Positions 47,030 to 57,240 of a stretch of 64,000 nt of DNA are shown one piece after another. The notes beneath the pieces were generated by a model. The model was not told the DNA's origin and searched no databases. It was given only the letters and a program-made list of their open reading frames with translations. Made by a program: the position numbers and the translations under genes. This stretch comes from Candidatus Dojkabacteria bacterium (GTDB lineage Bacteria; Patescibacteriota; Dojkabacteria; SC72): assembly GCA_018056375.1 (NCBI GenBank), contig JAGPFQ010000001.1, positions 247,361 to 311,360 on the forward strand, given 5' to 3'. Within the stretch, counting starts at the first letter, position 1, and every line of letters begins with the position of its first letter.

Positions 47030-49753
47030 ATGAATATATTAAAGAAAAAGGTAGGTTTTGGAGCAGGAATTCTTTTTTCAATTTTACTCAGTATTGGTAT
47101 TGTTTTTCTATCTATAAAAAATAAAGAATTAATTTACATTATAGAAAGACAACCATTTGATGTTGTAGTTGCTAATCTTACTCCTACTTCTGCAGAGGTT
47201 TACTGGAAAACCTTAAAACCTACAAATAGTATTCTATCCTATCGAGAAAGAAGCAGTTCAGCCTTTTACACAGATGCTCTTGATTCTGATTTATACAAAG
47301 ACATGAAAGATGGAAACTATATCAACAAAGTTAAAATTAGTAATCTAAAACCAGAAAAGAGTTATATCTATCGCATTAAGTCTGCAGAGTACAAATGGGA
47401 AGATAATTTTGCTTTTAAAACAAAATCTATTGATGAGAAAATAGACTATCCACATATAAAGAGTGGTGATAGTAATATTGGTGCATTTATCTTAATCCAG
47501 AAAGATGAAGAGAATAGAATGCTCTATACAGGAATAGATAAAACTTGGGCTTTAGATTTTGATAGTGATGACTATACAGTTAAAGAGTATGCTCAATTCC
47601 TACCATCAATGTACTTAAGGGATGAGCTTCAAGCAACCATTTTAAATATTATTCAACCTGTATCTGCAAGAAGCGGACCTAACTGTATGACAAATATTAA
47701 AAGGAATGATGATCAATACTATCCTAAACCTTCAGGACTCACTGAACTAATGGAAACTAGATCTTCTGGACAAATTTTAATTGCAGGATGCATAGGTCAT
47801 CATACAGAAGAATGCTATGATGATACATATTGTAGGTCTGTTGAGGCTGGAATAAATCCAGCAATCACTTTAACTCTTTGGGTTCATGAAAGTGCTGCTA
47901 GTATGTATGCAGCAGAGGGTACAAGACCATTCTGGACACATACAGAAGACTTTGGTATTCATAAAGACAGTATCAAAAACAATTTCAGTGCACAATTGGA
48001 TCACTTACTTAGCGTACAGCTGGATCCTAGTTACATCTCAGGATATTGTACCAACAAAGGTTTATCTGATGACCAGAGATGGGCAACAAAATATGCTTGT
48101 GGGTATTGTGAACGTCCTGCAGGGTCTTCCCTACAACCAGGACAACGTTGTTATGAACCAACGGTAACAGGAAAAGAATATATTTCGCAAATAAAATCAT
48201 ATTACTCTTTGCTAGGAGGTGCCGGTTCCCTACCTTCATGGCCTTGGAAAGTAACAGCTAATCAAAATGCATGTGATAGATCTAGTCAAACAGAGAATCA
48301 AGTATTTAGAGAGTGTGATGGTACTAGGACAGGTTCAAATCCATCACCATCGCCTAGCCCATCACCTTCACCAACTCCTCCTTCATACTGTTCTTCTAAC
48401 CCACCTGGTAAGATGGATATTAGAATTGGAGAAACATGTAGGGATGGAGGTGGGTGTGAATGTTTTAAAGGTGAGTTTAAACCTAGTAATTATCTCCATG
48501 ATGTACCGTGTGGAGAAAAATGTACAGAAGACAGTCCTCAACCATCACCGAGTCCATCGCCTTCACCGAGTCCATCGCCTTCACCAAGTCCATCGCCTTC
48601 ACCGAGTCCATCGCCTTCACCAAGTCCATCGCCTTCACCAAGTCCGTCGCCATCACCAACCCCTCCTCCTTCATACTGTTCATCTAACCCACCAGGTAAA
48701 GAGGATATTAAGATAGGCGAAACATGTAAAGATGGAGGTGGATGTGAATGTTTTGATGGAGAATTCAAACCTGAAAACTATATCCATGATGTACCATGTG
48801 GAGAAGTATGTGAAGCTATAGTTAAAAAAGAAATACATATAACAGATAAGGATGTTATTTGTGATGATGAGAATGGTTGTATCTGTATATATCCAAATGG
48901 CGATAAAAAGGAGGCTAACGAAGATCAAATATGTACAGTTGACGGAAGAGTTATAGAAAACCCAGATAAGGGTAAAACTGTACTCGAAATAACAGATAAA
49001 GATGAATATTGTAAAGATAGTAGAGGATGTGTATGTTATTGGGATAATAAAAAAGTTAAAAAAGAAACCGAAAAAGATTATACATGTACTGTTGACCAAG
49101 AAGTTATAAAAACAGAGAAAATTTGTTGTTATGATAACGAAAGACTCTCAACACAAATGCCTTATGATTGTGAAGGAGTCATTTATGATAATATACCAGA
49201 AGATTTTTGTAGGATTGAAACTACAAAATACAATGTTAAAAAAGGATATAGTTTCATAAACCCTCTTCTGTTAATAGGAGAACAAGAATATACTCCAAAA
49301 AGTGCCCACGATTTGATAAATATATCAGATAAAAGGATTACTACCGTTGGTCTATTTGAAAATAGTCAGTGGACAAAGGTTGTTGAGTTAAAAGATGGAA
49401 AAATACACGGAACTGACTTTGTACTAGAGAGTGGTAAAACATATATGCTAATATCTCAACATCCTGTTGAATTTTCAGTTACTGGAGTAAGAATACCTGC
49501 ACCCAATATCAAAGATATGGTTGGTTGGAATCTAATACCATCATATACCATATCGAAAGATAGCAACGATGCTAAGGAGTTACTAGGTAAAGTAGAATAC
49601 AATTCAATGCACCAGATAGCACAATGGAGCATGATTAAAAGTCACTTCTTGTATACAATAAAGGATTCAAAAAACAATATCTTTGGTGATGATATTAAAA
49701 TCAATGATAGTGAAGGAATCTTCATTAGAATGAAACAGAATGAACCTATCTAG
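47030..49753 (+). CDS. Giant secreted protein of 907 aa. It has an N-terminal TM or signal segment, an FN3-like domain, a Cys-rich region, two copies of a (SP)n-linked CECF module and two copies of an ITDKD...C.C module.
   Basis: DVVVANLTPTSAEVYWKT...YIYRIKS is FN3-like. SYCSSNPPGK.DI.IGETC.DGGGCECF.GEFKP.NY.HDVPCGE occurs twice. ITDKD..C.D..GC.C...CTVD..VI occurs twice. Confidence 0.55.
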   Translation: MNILKKKVGFGAGILFSILLSIGIVFLSIKNKELIYIIERQPFDVVVANLTPTSAEVYWKTLKPTNSILSYRERSSSAFYTDALDSDLYKDMKDGNYINKVKISNLKPEKSYIYRIKSAEYKWEDNFAFKTKSIDEKIDYPHIKSGDSNIGAFILIQKDEENRMLYTGIDKTWALDFDSDDYTVKEYAQFLPSMYLRDELQATILNIIQPVSARSGPNCMTNIKRNDDQYYPKPSGLTELMETRSSGQILIAGCIGHHTEECYDDTYCRSVEAGINPAITLTLWVHESAASMYAAEGTRPFWTHTEDFGIHKDSIKNNFSAQLDHLLSVQLDPSYISGYCTNKGLSDDQRWATKYACGYCERPAGSSLQPGQRCYEPTVTGKEYISQIKSYYSLLGGAGSLPSWPWKVTANQNACDRSSQTENQVFRECDGTRTGSNPSPSPSPSPSPTPPSYCSSNPPGKMDIRIGETCRDGGGCECFKGEFKPSNYLHDVPCGEKCTEDSPQPSPSPSPSPSPSPSPSPSPSPSPSPSPSPSPSPSPSPSPTPPPSYCSSNPPGKEDIKIGETCKDGGGCECFDGEFKPENYIHDVPCGEVCEAIVKKEIHITDKDVICDDENGCICIYPNGDKKEANEDQICTVDGRVIENPDKGKTVLEITDKDEYCKDSRGCVCYWDNKKVKKETEKDYTCTVDQEVIKTEKICCYDNERLSTQMPYDCEGVIYDNIPEDFCRIETTKYNVKKGYSFINPLLLIGEQEYTPKSAHDLINISDKRITTVGLFENSQWTKVVELKDGKIHGTDFVLESGKTYMLISQHPVEFSVTGVRIPAPNIKDMVGWNLIPSYTISKDSNDAKELLGKVEYNSMHQIAQWSMIKSHFLYTIKDSKNNIFGDDIKINDSEGIFIRMKQNEPI
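48534..48659 (+). repeat. Tandem repeat of about seven copies of an 18-nt unit (tcaccRagtccatcgcct). It encodes about 19 Ser-Pro dipeptides. A shorter (SP)5 run lies at about 48341-48373.
   Basis: Read directly from the sequence. The unit alternates ccg/cca at one position. Confidence 0.8.
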
Positions 49754-51491
49754 CTTCCTTAAGTAACTTCAACAGTAGATCTCCTTGTTCTTTAGTAGCA
49801 AGATTAACTTTAAAATCCTTACTCATATATATCGGTACTACCTTTGTTTGAACATGTTTACCTTCATAGAAATAATGAGTTAGAACAAGTCCCTGTCTAG
49901 TACCAATCCATATATACTGATCAAAGAAAAGATTACCTAAACCATAGAAAATAACACCATCCTTGTATAGTTCATAAGTTTGGGGTTGATGAGCCTGTGT
50001 ACCAACAACTATATTCGCACCCAAATCAATAGCTTTTCTAAAAACACCCTTCTGGTCAGGAGAACTAAGAGGTTTGTAACAGATAGGATAAACAACATCA
50101 CCATCAGGATAACAATAACACTCTTGGAATTGGAAGCTAACAATAACTATATCAGCATTCTTCTTTGCCTCCGCGATATCCTTCTTTACCTTCTCCTCAC
50201 TATATGCATTTGCTCCTGATTTTTCCTTTCCTGCCAATGGACCATAATTATTAAGCATACTATCATAATAATTGTAACCAAGAAAAGCTATCTTACTACC
50301 CTTAACATCCTCATACAAAATCTTACTCGCATCCTCACTATCTAACCCACCACCAAAATACCTCCACCCTAAATCCTTGTAAGTTTCTATAGTACTAGCA
50401 CTATACTTACTCCCATAATCATTATTATGATTCCCTGTAAGCTCTACAATATCTACCCCACTAAGTTTTAGAACTTCAATATGTTCAGGCTTAGTACAAA
50501 AAGTCATACTAGCAGTAGGAGTACAACCAGGAACAAAAGAAGCCTCATTAGAAACATGTGTCAAATCAGCATCAGCCAAAAACTTCCCAATACCATCTGC
50601 TGGATAAGTATTACTACCAACACTAATCATCTTCCTTGCCAAATTTCTTGAAATAGCAACAACACCACTCATATTAACTTTAGCTAGCTTCTCAGTATCA
50701 AAAGAACCCTCGCTAGAATCAATATGTTGGGTAATAATAGGTAGAATAAAAGAATCTTCATCTTTTACAGATGAGTAAAATCTCAAACCAATACCACCTG
50801 CTCTATCATCCAGATAATACTTACCTTCAAAAGGTATTACCTTTAAATCATAACCAAGAGTATCAAAATTTACTAAAGCAATATTCTCATCACTTTCAGC
50901 AAGCTTTGCAACCAATTTCTCTCTGCTATCTAAAATATTTACAGATATACCATACTGCTCCTCTAAAAAATCCTTTAATTCACCATCTAACATATATACA
51001 TCTTTAATTACAAAGTCCTCCTTACTTATATTTGTTGTTAATGAATAGAGGTGACCAACAGGAATAAAATCCTTACTATACACAACCTCTTTACCTTCTC
51101 CACCTGCTAAAGAAATAACAAAATCTCCTCCCTTATCTTTAAAAGCAAATCTCTTTTTTCCATTAAACTCAATATCACTTAAACCTTCGACAAACAACTT
51201 CTTAAGTTCTTCAGGTACATCCTTCTCAAAAGATATAGTAAAAGTATCATAAATATATGCTTTTCTTTTTAAACTAAAAAGAAAACGAGAGCTACTAATG
51301 AAAGCTTCCTTGTTGGAAAAATATAGAAATATGATTACAAAAAAAGAAGCAAGTAAAAACAAAGAGAGCAGTACTCTCTTACTAAATACTTTCACAGAAC
51401 CTGTCTCTAAATTCTTTCTTTTAGGTCTTCTCCCCTTCTCTTTTCCCCCTTCTATGTTCAGTTCTAATCTAGAAAAATCGTGATTAATCAT
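49746..51491 (-). CDS. CapA/PgsA-family metallophosphatase-fold protein, poly-gamma-glutamate/capsule type, with an N-terminal TM.
   Basis: MSGVVAISRNLARKM...DADLTHVSNEASF...GNHNNDYG resemble CapA motifs. Confidence 0.6.
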   Translation of the reverse strand: MINHDFSRLELNIEGGKEKGRRPKRKNLETGSVKVFSKRVLLSLFLLASFFVIIFLYFSNKEAFISSSRFLFSLKRKAYIYDTFTISFEKDVPEELKKLFVEGLSDIEFNGKKRFAFKDKGGDFVISLAGGEGKEVVYSKDFIPVGHLYSLTTNISKEDFVIKDVYMLDGELKDFLEEQYGISVNILDSREKLVAKLAESDENIALVNFDTLGYDLKVIPFEGKYYLDDRAGGIGLRFYSSVKDEDSFILPIITQHIDSSEGSFDTEKLAKVNMSGVVAISRNLARKMISVGSNTYPADGIGKFLADADLTHVSNEASFVPGCTPTASMTFCTKPEHIEVLKLSGVDIVELTGNHNNDYGSKYSASTIETYKDLGWRYFGGGLDSEDASKILYEDVKGSKIAFLGYNYYDSMLNNYGPLAGKEKSGANAYSEEKVKKDIAEAKKNADIVIVSFQFQECYCYPDGDVVYPICYKPLSSPDQKGVFRKAIDLGANIVVGTQAHQPQTYELYKDGVIFYGLGNLFFDQYIWIGTRQGLVLTHYFYEGKHVQTKVVPIYMSKDFKVNLATKEQGDLLLKLLKEAR

Positions 51492-51590
51492 AGATGCATG
51501 TTACCATAAATGAGAGGACTCTTCACTTCCTTGCAACTATGGGTTGAACAATGATATAATATAGTAGGAACTGCCTAACATTATTTATTA

Positions 51591-52193
51591 TTGCAAATGA
51601 GTTCCATGTGGTTAAAAAGCAGAAAGTTACTAAGTATAATTAGTGCTGTAATATTTCTAGGAGTCATCTTCTCTTCAGTCTCTCAAAGAATGCCTGTTTC
51701 AAAGCTTTATGGTGATTTAACTGAAAATACAGGGTCTACATATACTCGATTTAATGCTGAAGATTTAATGGATTCCATTGAAATGGAGGAAATAATAGTT
51801 GCTTCTGAGGAAAAAATACATCCTACAGAAGATGTAAGAATTGTTAAAGTAAGAAATTATCTTACCAAAAGAAGGTCTCCTTTAGCAGAGTATGCACATG
51901 AATTTGTAAAAGCGGCAGATCATTACGGTATAGATTACAGAATTGTAGCTGCCATATCTATAGTCGAGTCTGGTGGTGGAAAAAAGAACTTTAGACCCTA
52001 CAATGCTTGGGGATGGGGTAAGAGAGGTTTTAAAAACTGGACAGATGGAATATGGAAAGTATCTGCTGGTATTGCCAAATATTACTCCAGAGGTTTAAAA
52101 ACACCTCAATTAATGGCTAGATGGTACTGTCCTCCAAATGCAGATTCATGGGGAAGAAAAGTCCAAGGTGTTATGAATGTAATAGGGATGTAA
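51591..52193 (+). CDS. Membrane-anchored putative peptidoglycan hydrolase of the glucosaminidase family.
   Basis: AADHYGIDYRIVAAISIVESGGGKK...YNAWGWG resembles the glucosaminidase AILESGWG motif. Confidence 0.35.
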   Translation: MQMSSMWLKSRKLLSIISAVIFLGVIFSSVSQRMPVSKLYGDLTENTGSTYTRFNAEDLMDSIEMEEIIVASEEKIHPTEDVRIVKVRNYLTKRRSPLAEYAHEFVKAADHYGIDYRIVAAISIVESGGGKKNFRPYNAWGWGKRGFKNWTDGIWKVSAGIAKYYSRGLKTPQLMARWYCPPNADSWGRKVQGVMNVIGM

Positions 52194-52195
52194 AA

Positions 52196-53245
52196 CTAAT
52201 CCTTGTAGTATGAAAGTAATTTATTCAACCATTTCAAGAGAGGTCCTCTTTTAGAAACAAAGATATCGTAAAGAACATCTGTTAATTTATCACTATCATG
52301 TCTAACAAGACTTCTTTCTAGAGTATCTCCTTTCTCTCTCTTGATAGGCTCTGTCGCAACCAAATCCTTTCTAATTATTTCCCCACTAAAATTCTCTTCA
52401 CTAAGGTCATCTTTCATAACATGTTCACCTTTCTCTACATATCTCTTGTATGCTGCCTGAGGAATCTTACCATTATTAATTAATACATAATCTAAATCCC
52501 TCCCTATATATTCAGTTATAATATCAACACACTGAGAATGGGAACGATTCCTAGTCTGTCCTTTCTTACTAATCAAATTTGATATGTATATAAGTTTTGC
52601 CTTAGATCTAATTAATTCCTCTTTAATACCCTTCACAACTAAATTAGGTAGTGTTGTAGTGAAAAGGTCTCCTGGACCAAAAAGAATATAGTCTGCTTTT
52701 TTAATAGCATCTAGTGCTTGTTTCGTAGCTTTTGCACTAGGTTTTAAAGTAATAGAGGATACATTCATATCACTCTCAGGTTCATCAATTAGATGCTCCC
52801 CTTCTATTACACTCCCATCAGGATACTTTGCTACTAATCTAACATCATCCAAAGTTACAGGAATTATTTCTCCAGTAATTCCAAACATTGTTTTAAACAT
52901 CTCAATAGCCTCCATCTCGCTACCAAGGATATCTGTCATTGCTACCATGAGTAGATTACCCAAAGTGTGTCCCTTAATGCCTTCTCCAGATGCAAATCGA
53001 TAAAGAAACAACTTTCTCAAAACCTCATTATTCCCACTATCATACAATGCAAGAAGTGACTTCCTAACATCACTAAGAGGTAGTAAACCAAACTCATCTC
53101 TCATAACTGCATTGCTTCCTCCATCATCCATCATTCCAACAATCACAGAAAGTTTTAAATCTCTTCTTTTCTTTAACCCTTCTAAAACAACGGTACTTCC
53201 CGTACCGCCTCCAATCAAAAGAATATTCATACCAAAGTATATCAT
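52196..53245 (-). CDS. YvcK/CofD-like UPF0052 family protein, gluconeogenesis factor-like.
   Basis: NILLIGGGTGSTVVLEGLK N-terminal motif. Typical length. Confidence 0.6.
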   Translation of the reverse strand: MIYFGMNILLIGGGTGSTVVLEGLKKRRDLKLSVIVGMMDDGGSNAVMRDEFGLLPLSDVRKSLLALYDSGNNEVLRKLFLYRFASGEGIKGHTLGNLLMVAMTDILGSEMEAIEMFKTMFGITGEIIPVTLDDVRLVAKYPDGSVIEGEHLIDEPESDMNVSSITLKPSAKATKQALDAIKKADYILFGPGDLFTTTLPNLVVKGIKEELIRSKAKLIYISNLISKKGQTRNRSHSQCVDIITEYIGRDLDYVLINNGKIPQAAYKRYVEKGEHVMKDDLSEENFSGEIIRKDLVATEPIKREKGDTLERSLVRHDSDKLTDVLYDIFVSKRGPLLKWLNKLLSYYKD

Positions 53246-53287
53246 TTCTGTGGTATAATGTAACAGTTAATATATTAAACTTCCTTT

Positions 53288-53812
53288 ATGAATTTGAAAG
53301 TCGGTTCAAAAGTTTTTTACCCATTACATGGTGCAGGTTGGATTAGAAAGGAGAAAGAGATTGAGTTTGGTGGTGAAAAAAAGAAGTATTTTGAATTTGA
53401 ATTAATTACTAGTCTTCTTAGTATCTCTACTCCCGTAGAGAATATAGAGAAATTAGGAATTAGACCAGTTTTACCAGCTAAAGAGATAAAGGAGAAGATT
53501 AAAGTATTAAAAAAGACTCCTACTGTAGATCCAAAAGTGAAAGATTTTAATATGATGTTAAGTACCTTTAAAGAATTAGAGGAGAGTGCGAATATAGAGG
53601 ATACTATAAAGATATTGCAGTTTTGTAACTTTGCTAAAAAACATAGAGAAAAAGAAGGTAGATTAATCCCTATTAGTATTGAGAAACAATTAGAATCTGC
53701 TATTAAGAATATTGTAGGAGAATTAGCAGTAGCAAGTGGTACTACCTTAGAGAAAGCTACCCAAGAATTTACAAAGATTACTGGTATTGAAACAGAGGTT
53801 AGTAAGGATTAG
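53288..53812 (+). CDS. CarD/CdnL-family RNA polymerase-binding regulator.
   Basis: LKVGSKVFYPLHGAGWI matches the CarD N-terminal Tudor-like domain. Confidence 0.6.
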   Translation: MNLKVGSKVFYPLHGAGWIRKEKEIEFGGEKKKYFEFELITSLLSISTPVENIEKLGIRPVLPAKEIKEKIKVLKKTPTVDPKVKDFNMMLSTFKELEESANIEDTIKILQFCNFAKKHREKEGRLIPISIEKQLESAIKNIVGELAVASGTTLEKATQEFTKITGIETEVSKD

Positions 53813-53813
53813 G

Positions 53814-54077
53814 TTAATCAGGATATTCCCCTAAACTTTCTAGAATACTCTCAATTCTATCTATTTGTGTGAAAAGGGTGTCATCTCCATCATCTCTTAC
53901 TTCATCTCCCAATTCCAGCAATATGCTTTTCGCAAGATCTAGATGATTATCACCTTTACCAGAGACATCTAAACGTTCAGCTAATTTTTCTAGCATTAAA
54001 CATTTAGATTGCAAATATTCACCAAAAATTTTATCTGCTTCTATATTCCCTGTTTCAGGCATTATCATAATATTCAA
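53814..54077 (-). CDS. Small acidic hypothetical protein downstream of ileS.
   Basis: ORF only. Two-nt gap after ileS. Confidence 0.25.
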   Translation of the reverse strand: MNIMIMPETGNIEADKIFGEYLQSKCLMLEKLAERLDVSGKGDNHLDLAKSILLELGDEVRDDGDDTLFTQIDRIESILESLGEYPD

Positions 54078-54079
54078 AA

Positions 54080-56971
54080 TTAATTAATCCCTACCCCTAT
54101 CTTCACACCCATAACCTCTATCTCTTCATCTGTTGTTATATCATCCATCTCAACACTCTTTGCATGGAACTCTGGCAAGTTCTCATCAACATATTTTTGG
54201 ATAAGATTCTTTGTATCTTTCTCCTCTATCTTAATATGAAGAGTTACCATATCATCAACTTTCAAACCTTTCTTCTTTCTTAAATCCTTGTATCTTCTCA
54301 TAAATTCATTAACAAAAGCCTCATTCTTTAATTCATCTGTTAAATTACAATCAATTGTAACAAAATTACTACCCTCACCTTCTGTGTTCATTCCTTCTCC
54401 TTTCTCAGCTTTCTCAGAGAAGAATATCTCCTTAACATTAATCTCTTCCTTAACAATCTCTCTTAACTCCCCATCTTTAATATTCACAAAAGCTTTAGAA
54501 AGAGGTTGTCTTAAATTCAATCTAACATTCTCTCTAACCTTTAAACCATATGATGCAATATCTCTTACTCTCTGCATATCTTCAAGTATTTTAGATTCAA
54601 TTTCATCTTCATTAACGGTAGGATAATCATCTAAATGTACAGACTCTACACTCTCCATACTCATATTTACAACAAGATTCTGATACATCTCCTCTGCTAT
54701 GAAAGGTGTAAATGGAGCTAAAAGTTTAGAAAGAGTAACTAAACTGTAATGAAGTGTACCAATTGCATCACTATCTCCACTCTTAAACCTGTTTCTTGAC
54801 CTTCTGATATACCACTGTGAGAGGTCTTTACAATATTCCTCAATATCTCTTGAAGCAGTAGCCATATTGTATTCATCTAAACACTTGTTAACCTTAAATA
54901 CTAAATCATTTGTTTTAGCTACCATCCATTTATCCATCAAATGTGTTAGTTTCTTGACATCATATTTCTTCCAATCCCAATCATGTAACTTAGCATATGT
55001 TACAAAGTAGTTGTATGAATTCCAAAGCTGAATGTAGAATCTTCTCCTCACTTCTTCCAAAGTTCCCCATCCAAACCTCATATTCGAACCAATAGATGCT
55101 GTTGCATAGTTCCATCTTAAAATATCAGAACCCATCTTGTCTGCTGCATCATCAAACTTTACATAGTTAGGTTTAGTCTTACTCATCTTCTCATTCTTCT
55201 CATCTCTAACCTCTGCAAAACACATTACTTCTTTGTATGGTGCTTTCTTCTCAAAAACAACACCAAATACAAGCATTGAGTAGAACCACAACCTAATCTG
55301 CTCTATCATCTCAATTACTAATTCTGCTGGGAACCATTTCTCCCAATATTTCTTGTCATCAAGATATGCAAGCGTAGAGAAAGGTACAACTCCTGCATCA
55401 AGCCAACAGTCTCCTACATCTGTTACTCTCTGTACACTCTCACCACACTTAGGACATTTAATCTCAATTTCATCAATCCAAGGTCTGTGAACATCATGAA
55501 GTTTCTCTACCAACTCTGGTTTTACTGCCAACTCTTTCAGTTCTTCTAAACTACCTACTACATGAAGATGACCACACTTCTCACATTCATAGAAAGGAAG
55601 GGCTAAACCGTAAAATCTCTTTCTACTAATCATCCAATTACCCATACTATCTAACCAACCTTGCATTCTCTTACCTGCATAGTCTGGTAACCAATTAACA
55701 TCTTTTGCTGCTTCTTTAAGTTCATCTTTAATCTTTAGTACATCAATGAACCAGTTATCTTCTAACTTAAACAAACACTTTGTATTACATCTCCAACAGT
55801 GAGGATAGCTATGAGTAAAATCTTCTGTTTTGTACAAAAGACCTTGCTTCTTTAGATCTTCAATTACTTCATCTGCTACATCATGTGCATATTTACCATC
55901 TAAGAATCCAAAACCTTCTGTAAAATGACCTGTGGAATCAAGAGGTGAGATAATGTCTGCACCTAACTGCTGACCTAGTTCAAAGTCTTCCTGACCACAA
56001 CCTGGTGCAATATGTACAACACCTGACCCTGTCTTTGAATCAACCAAATCCCACTCAACAATACTATGCTTAATGCCCTTCTGTGCAGGAATATCTAAGA
56101 GAGATTCATACTCTTTACCAACTAATTCCTTAATATCTATCTCTTCAATATCATTCAAACCTAATCGTTTAGCACTATCTGCACCTAAATATACTGTTTT
56201 ATCATCAATTTTTGTCTTTACATATCCTAATTCTGGATTTACAGCTAAAAGAACATTAGATGAGAGAGTCCAAGGAGTAGTTGTCCATGCTAGAACATAT
56301 TCCTCTTTTTTATCCTTATTCTTCAACTTAAAGAATACATACACCGATTTATCTGCTATCTCTTTATATCCATCTGCTTGTTCATGTTGAGAGAGTCCTG
56401 TCTCACATCTTGGACACCATGTTGTTGCTGACCTATCTTTGTACAAGAGTCCTTTCTCATGACAAAGTTGAAGGAATTTCCAAATATACAAGTTATTAGT
56501 CTTAGACATTGTATAGTAGCTATTCTCCCAATCCATGAACATTCCTAATCTCTTAGATTGTTCTGTCTGAACACCAGCATATTTGTTTACCCTAGCCATA
56601 CATTGGTTTGTGAAGTTGTCTAGACCATAGTCTTGAATATCTTTCTTACAATTAAAACCTAAATCTCTCTCTACACCTACCTCAACCCAGAGTCCTTGGC
56701 AGTCAAAACCATTTTGGAACCTTTGTTCAAATCCTTGCATATTCTTAAATCTCTGGACAATATCTTTGTATGTCCTCCCCCATGCATGATGTACTCCCAT
56801 TGGATTGTTTGCAGTAATTGGTCCATCTATGAAAGAGAAGTGTTTTTCTGCTCCTCTATTTCTTTCAACATATTTTTTTTCAATATCATTATCTTCCCAG
56901 AACTTCATAATATCTTTTTCCATCTGTACAAAGTCTTGGTTTGGTTTTACTGGTTTAAGGTTTTTACTCAT
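54080..56971 (-). CDS. ileS: Isoleucine-tRNA ligase.
   Basis: Class I HIGH variant PMGVHHAWG. KMSKS variant EKMSKTK. CP1 editing domain. Zn-finger WCPRCET...CEKCGH. 963 aa. A T-box upstream has an AUC specifier candidate. Confidence 0.8.
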   Translation of the reverse strand: MSKNLKPVKPNQDFVQMEKDIMKFWEDNDIEKKYVERNRGAEKHFSFIDGPITANNPMGVHHAWGRTYKDIVQRFKNMQGFEQRFQNGFDCQGLWVEVGVERDLGFNCKKDIQDYGLDNFTNQCMARVNKYAGVQTEQSKRLGMFMDWENSYYTMSKTNNLYIWKFLQLCHEKGLLYKDRSATTWCPRCETGLSQHEQADGYKEIADKSVYVFFKLKNKDKKEEYVLAWTTTPWTLSSNVLLAVNPELGYVKTKIDDKTVYLGADSAKRLGLNDIEEIDIKELVGKEYESLLDIPAQKGIKHSIVEWDLVDSKTGSGVVHIAPGCGQEDFELGQQLGADIISPLDSTGHFTEGFGFLDGKYAHDVADEVIEDLKKQGLLYKTEDFTHSYPHCWRCNTKCLFKLEDNWFIDVLKIKDELKEAAKDVNWLPDYAGKRMQGWLDSMGNWMISRKRFYGLALPFYECEKCGHLHVVGSLEELKELAVKPELVEKLHDVHRPWIDEIEIKCPKCGESVQRVTDVGDCWLDAGVVPFSTLAYLDDKKYWEKWFPAELVIEMIEQIRLWFYSMLVFGVVFEKKAPYKEVMCFAEVRDEKNEKMSKTKPNYVKFDDAADKMGSDILRWNYATASIGSNMRFGWGTLEEVRRRFYIQLWNSYNYFVTYAKLHDWDWKKYDVKKLTHLMDKWMVAKTNDLVFKVNKCLDEYNMATASRDIEEYCKDLSQWYIRRSRNRFKSGDSDAIGTLHYSLVTLSKLLAPFTPFIAEEMYQNLVVNMSMESVESVHLDDYPTVNEDEIESKILEDMQRVRDIASYGLKVRENVRLNLRQPLSKAFVNIKDGELREIVKEEINVKEIFFSEKAEKGEGMNTEGEGSNFVTIDCNLTDELKNEAFVNEFMRRYKDLRKKKGLKVDDMVTLHIKIEEKDTKNLIQKYVDENLPEFHAKSVEMDDITTDEEIEVMGVKIGVGIN

Positions 56972-57022
56972 ACAATCTTTTATTTAATTTATTTCTTTTT
57001 TATTTCTAAAATATATATTAAC

Positions 57023-57098
57023 AAAAAACCCCTTGTATTTACTAAAAGAGTTATACAATATGTTTTAGAGTTGTATATCTTTTAATATCTACAAGGGG
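57023..57098 (-). terminator. Rho-independent terminator or attenuator of the ileS T-box leader.
   Basis: 9-bp inverted repeat ccccttgta / tacaagggg (57029-57037 and 57090-57098) followed on the minus strand by TTTTTTGTT. Confidence 0.6.
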
Positions 57099-57240
57099 CG
57101 AATGTATCGCGGTACCACCCTATTTTAGAATACTATTTCTAATATTCTCTTAGAACCTACTGTTAGGTTTAGGATTCTACTAAATATATTTTTATATATT
57201 AAATATATCTTTCTTTCCTCACTCACCAGTGATAGCTGGG
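57023..57240 (-). promoter_or_regulatory. T-box riboswitch leader for ileS. It has a T-box/antiterminator sequence and an intrinsic terminator hairpin plus U-tract immediately upstream of the ileS start codon.
   Basis: Minus-strand AAUAGGGUGGUACCGCGAUACAUUCGCCCCU is the canonical T-box. The UGGUACC bulge is flanked by GGG/CCC and GCG/CGC helices. The overlapping terminator CCCCUUGUA...UACAAGGGG is followed by UUUUUUGUU. An AUC-A candidate specifier lies in a small hairpin at 57230-57233. Confidence 0.7.

Noticed and set aside
48267-48768. Track ORFs with HRLHRVHRLH and GDGLGEGDGLGEG repeats.
   Set aside because: They are alternate-frame and opposite-strand readings of the 18-nt Ser-Pro tandem repeat inside the 47030-49753 gene. 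They are not independent genes.
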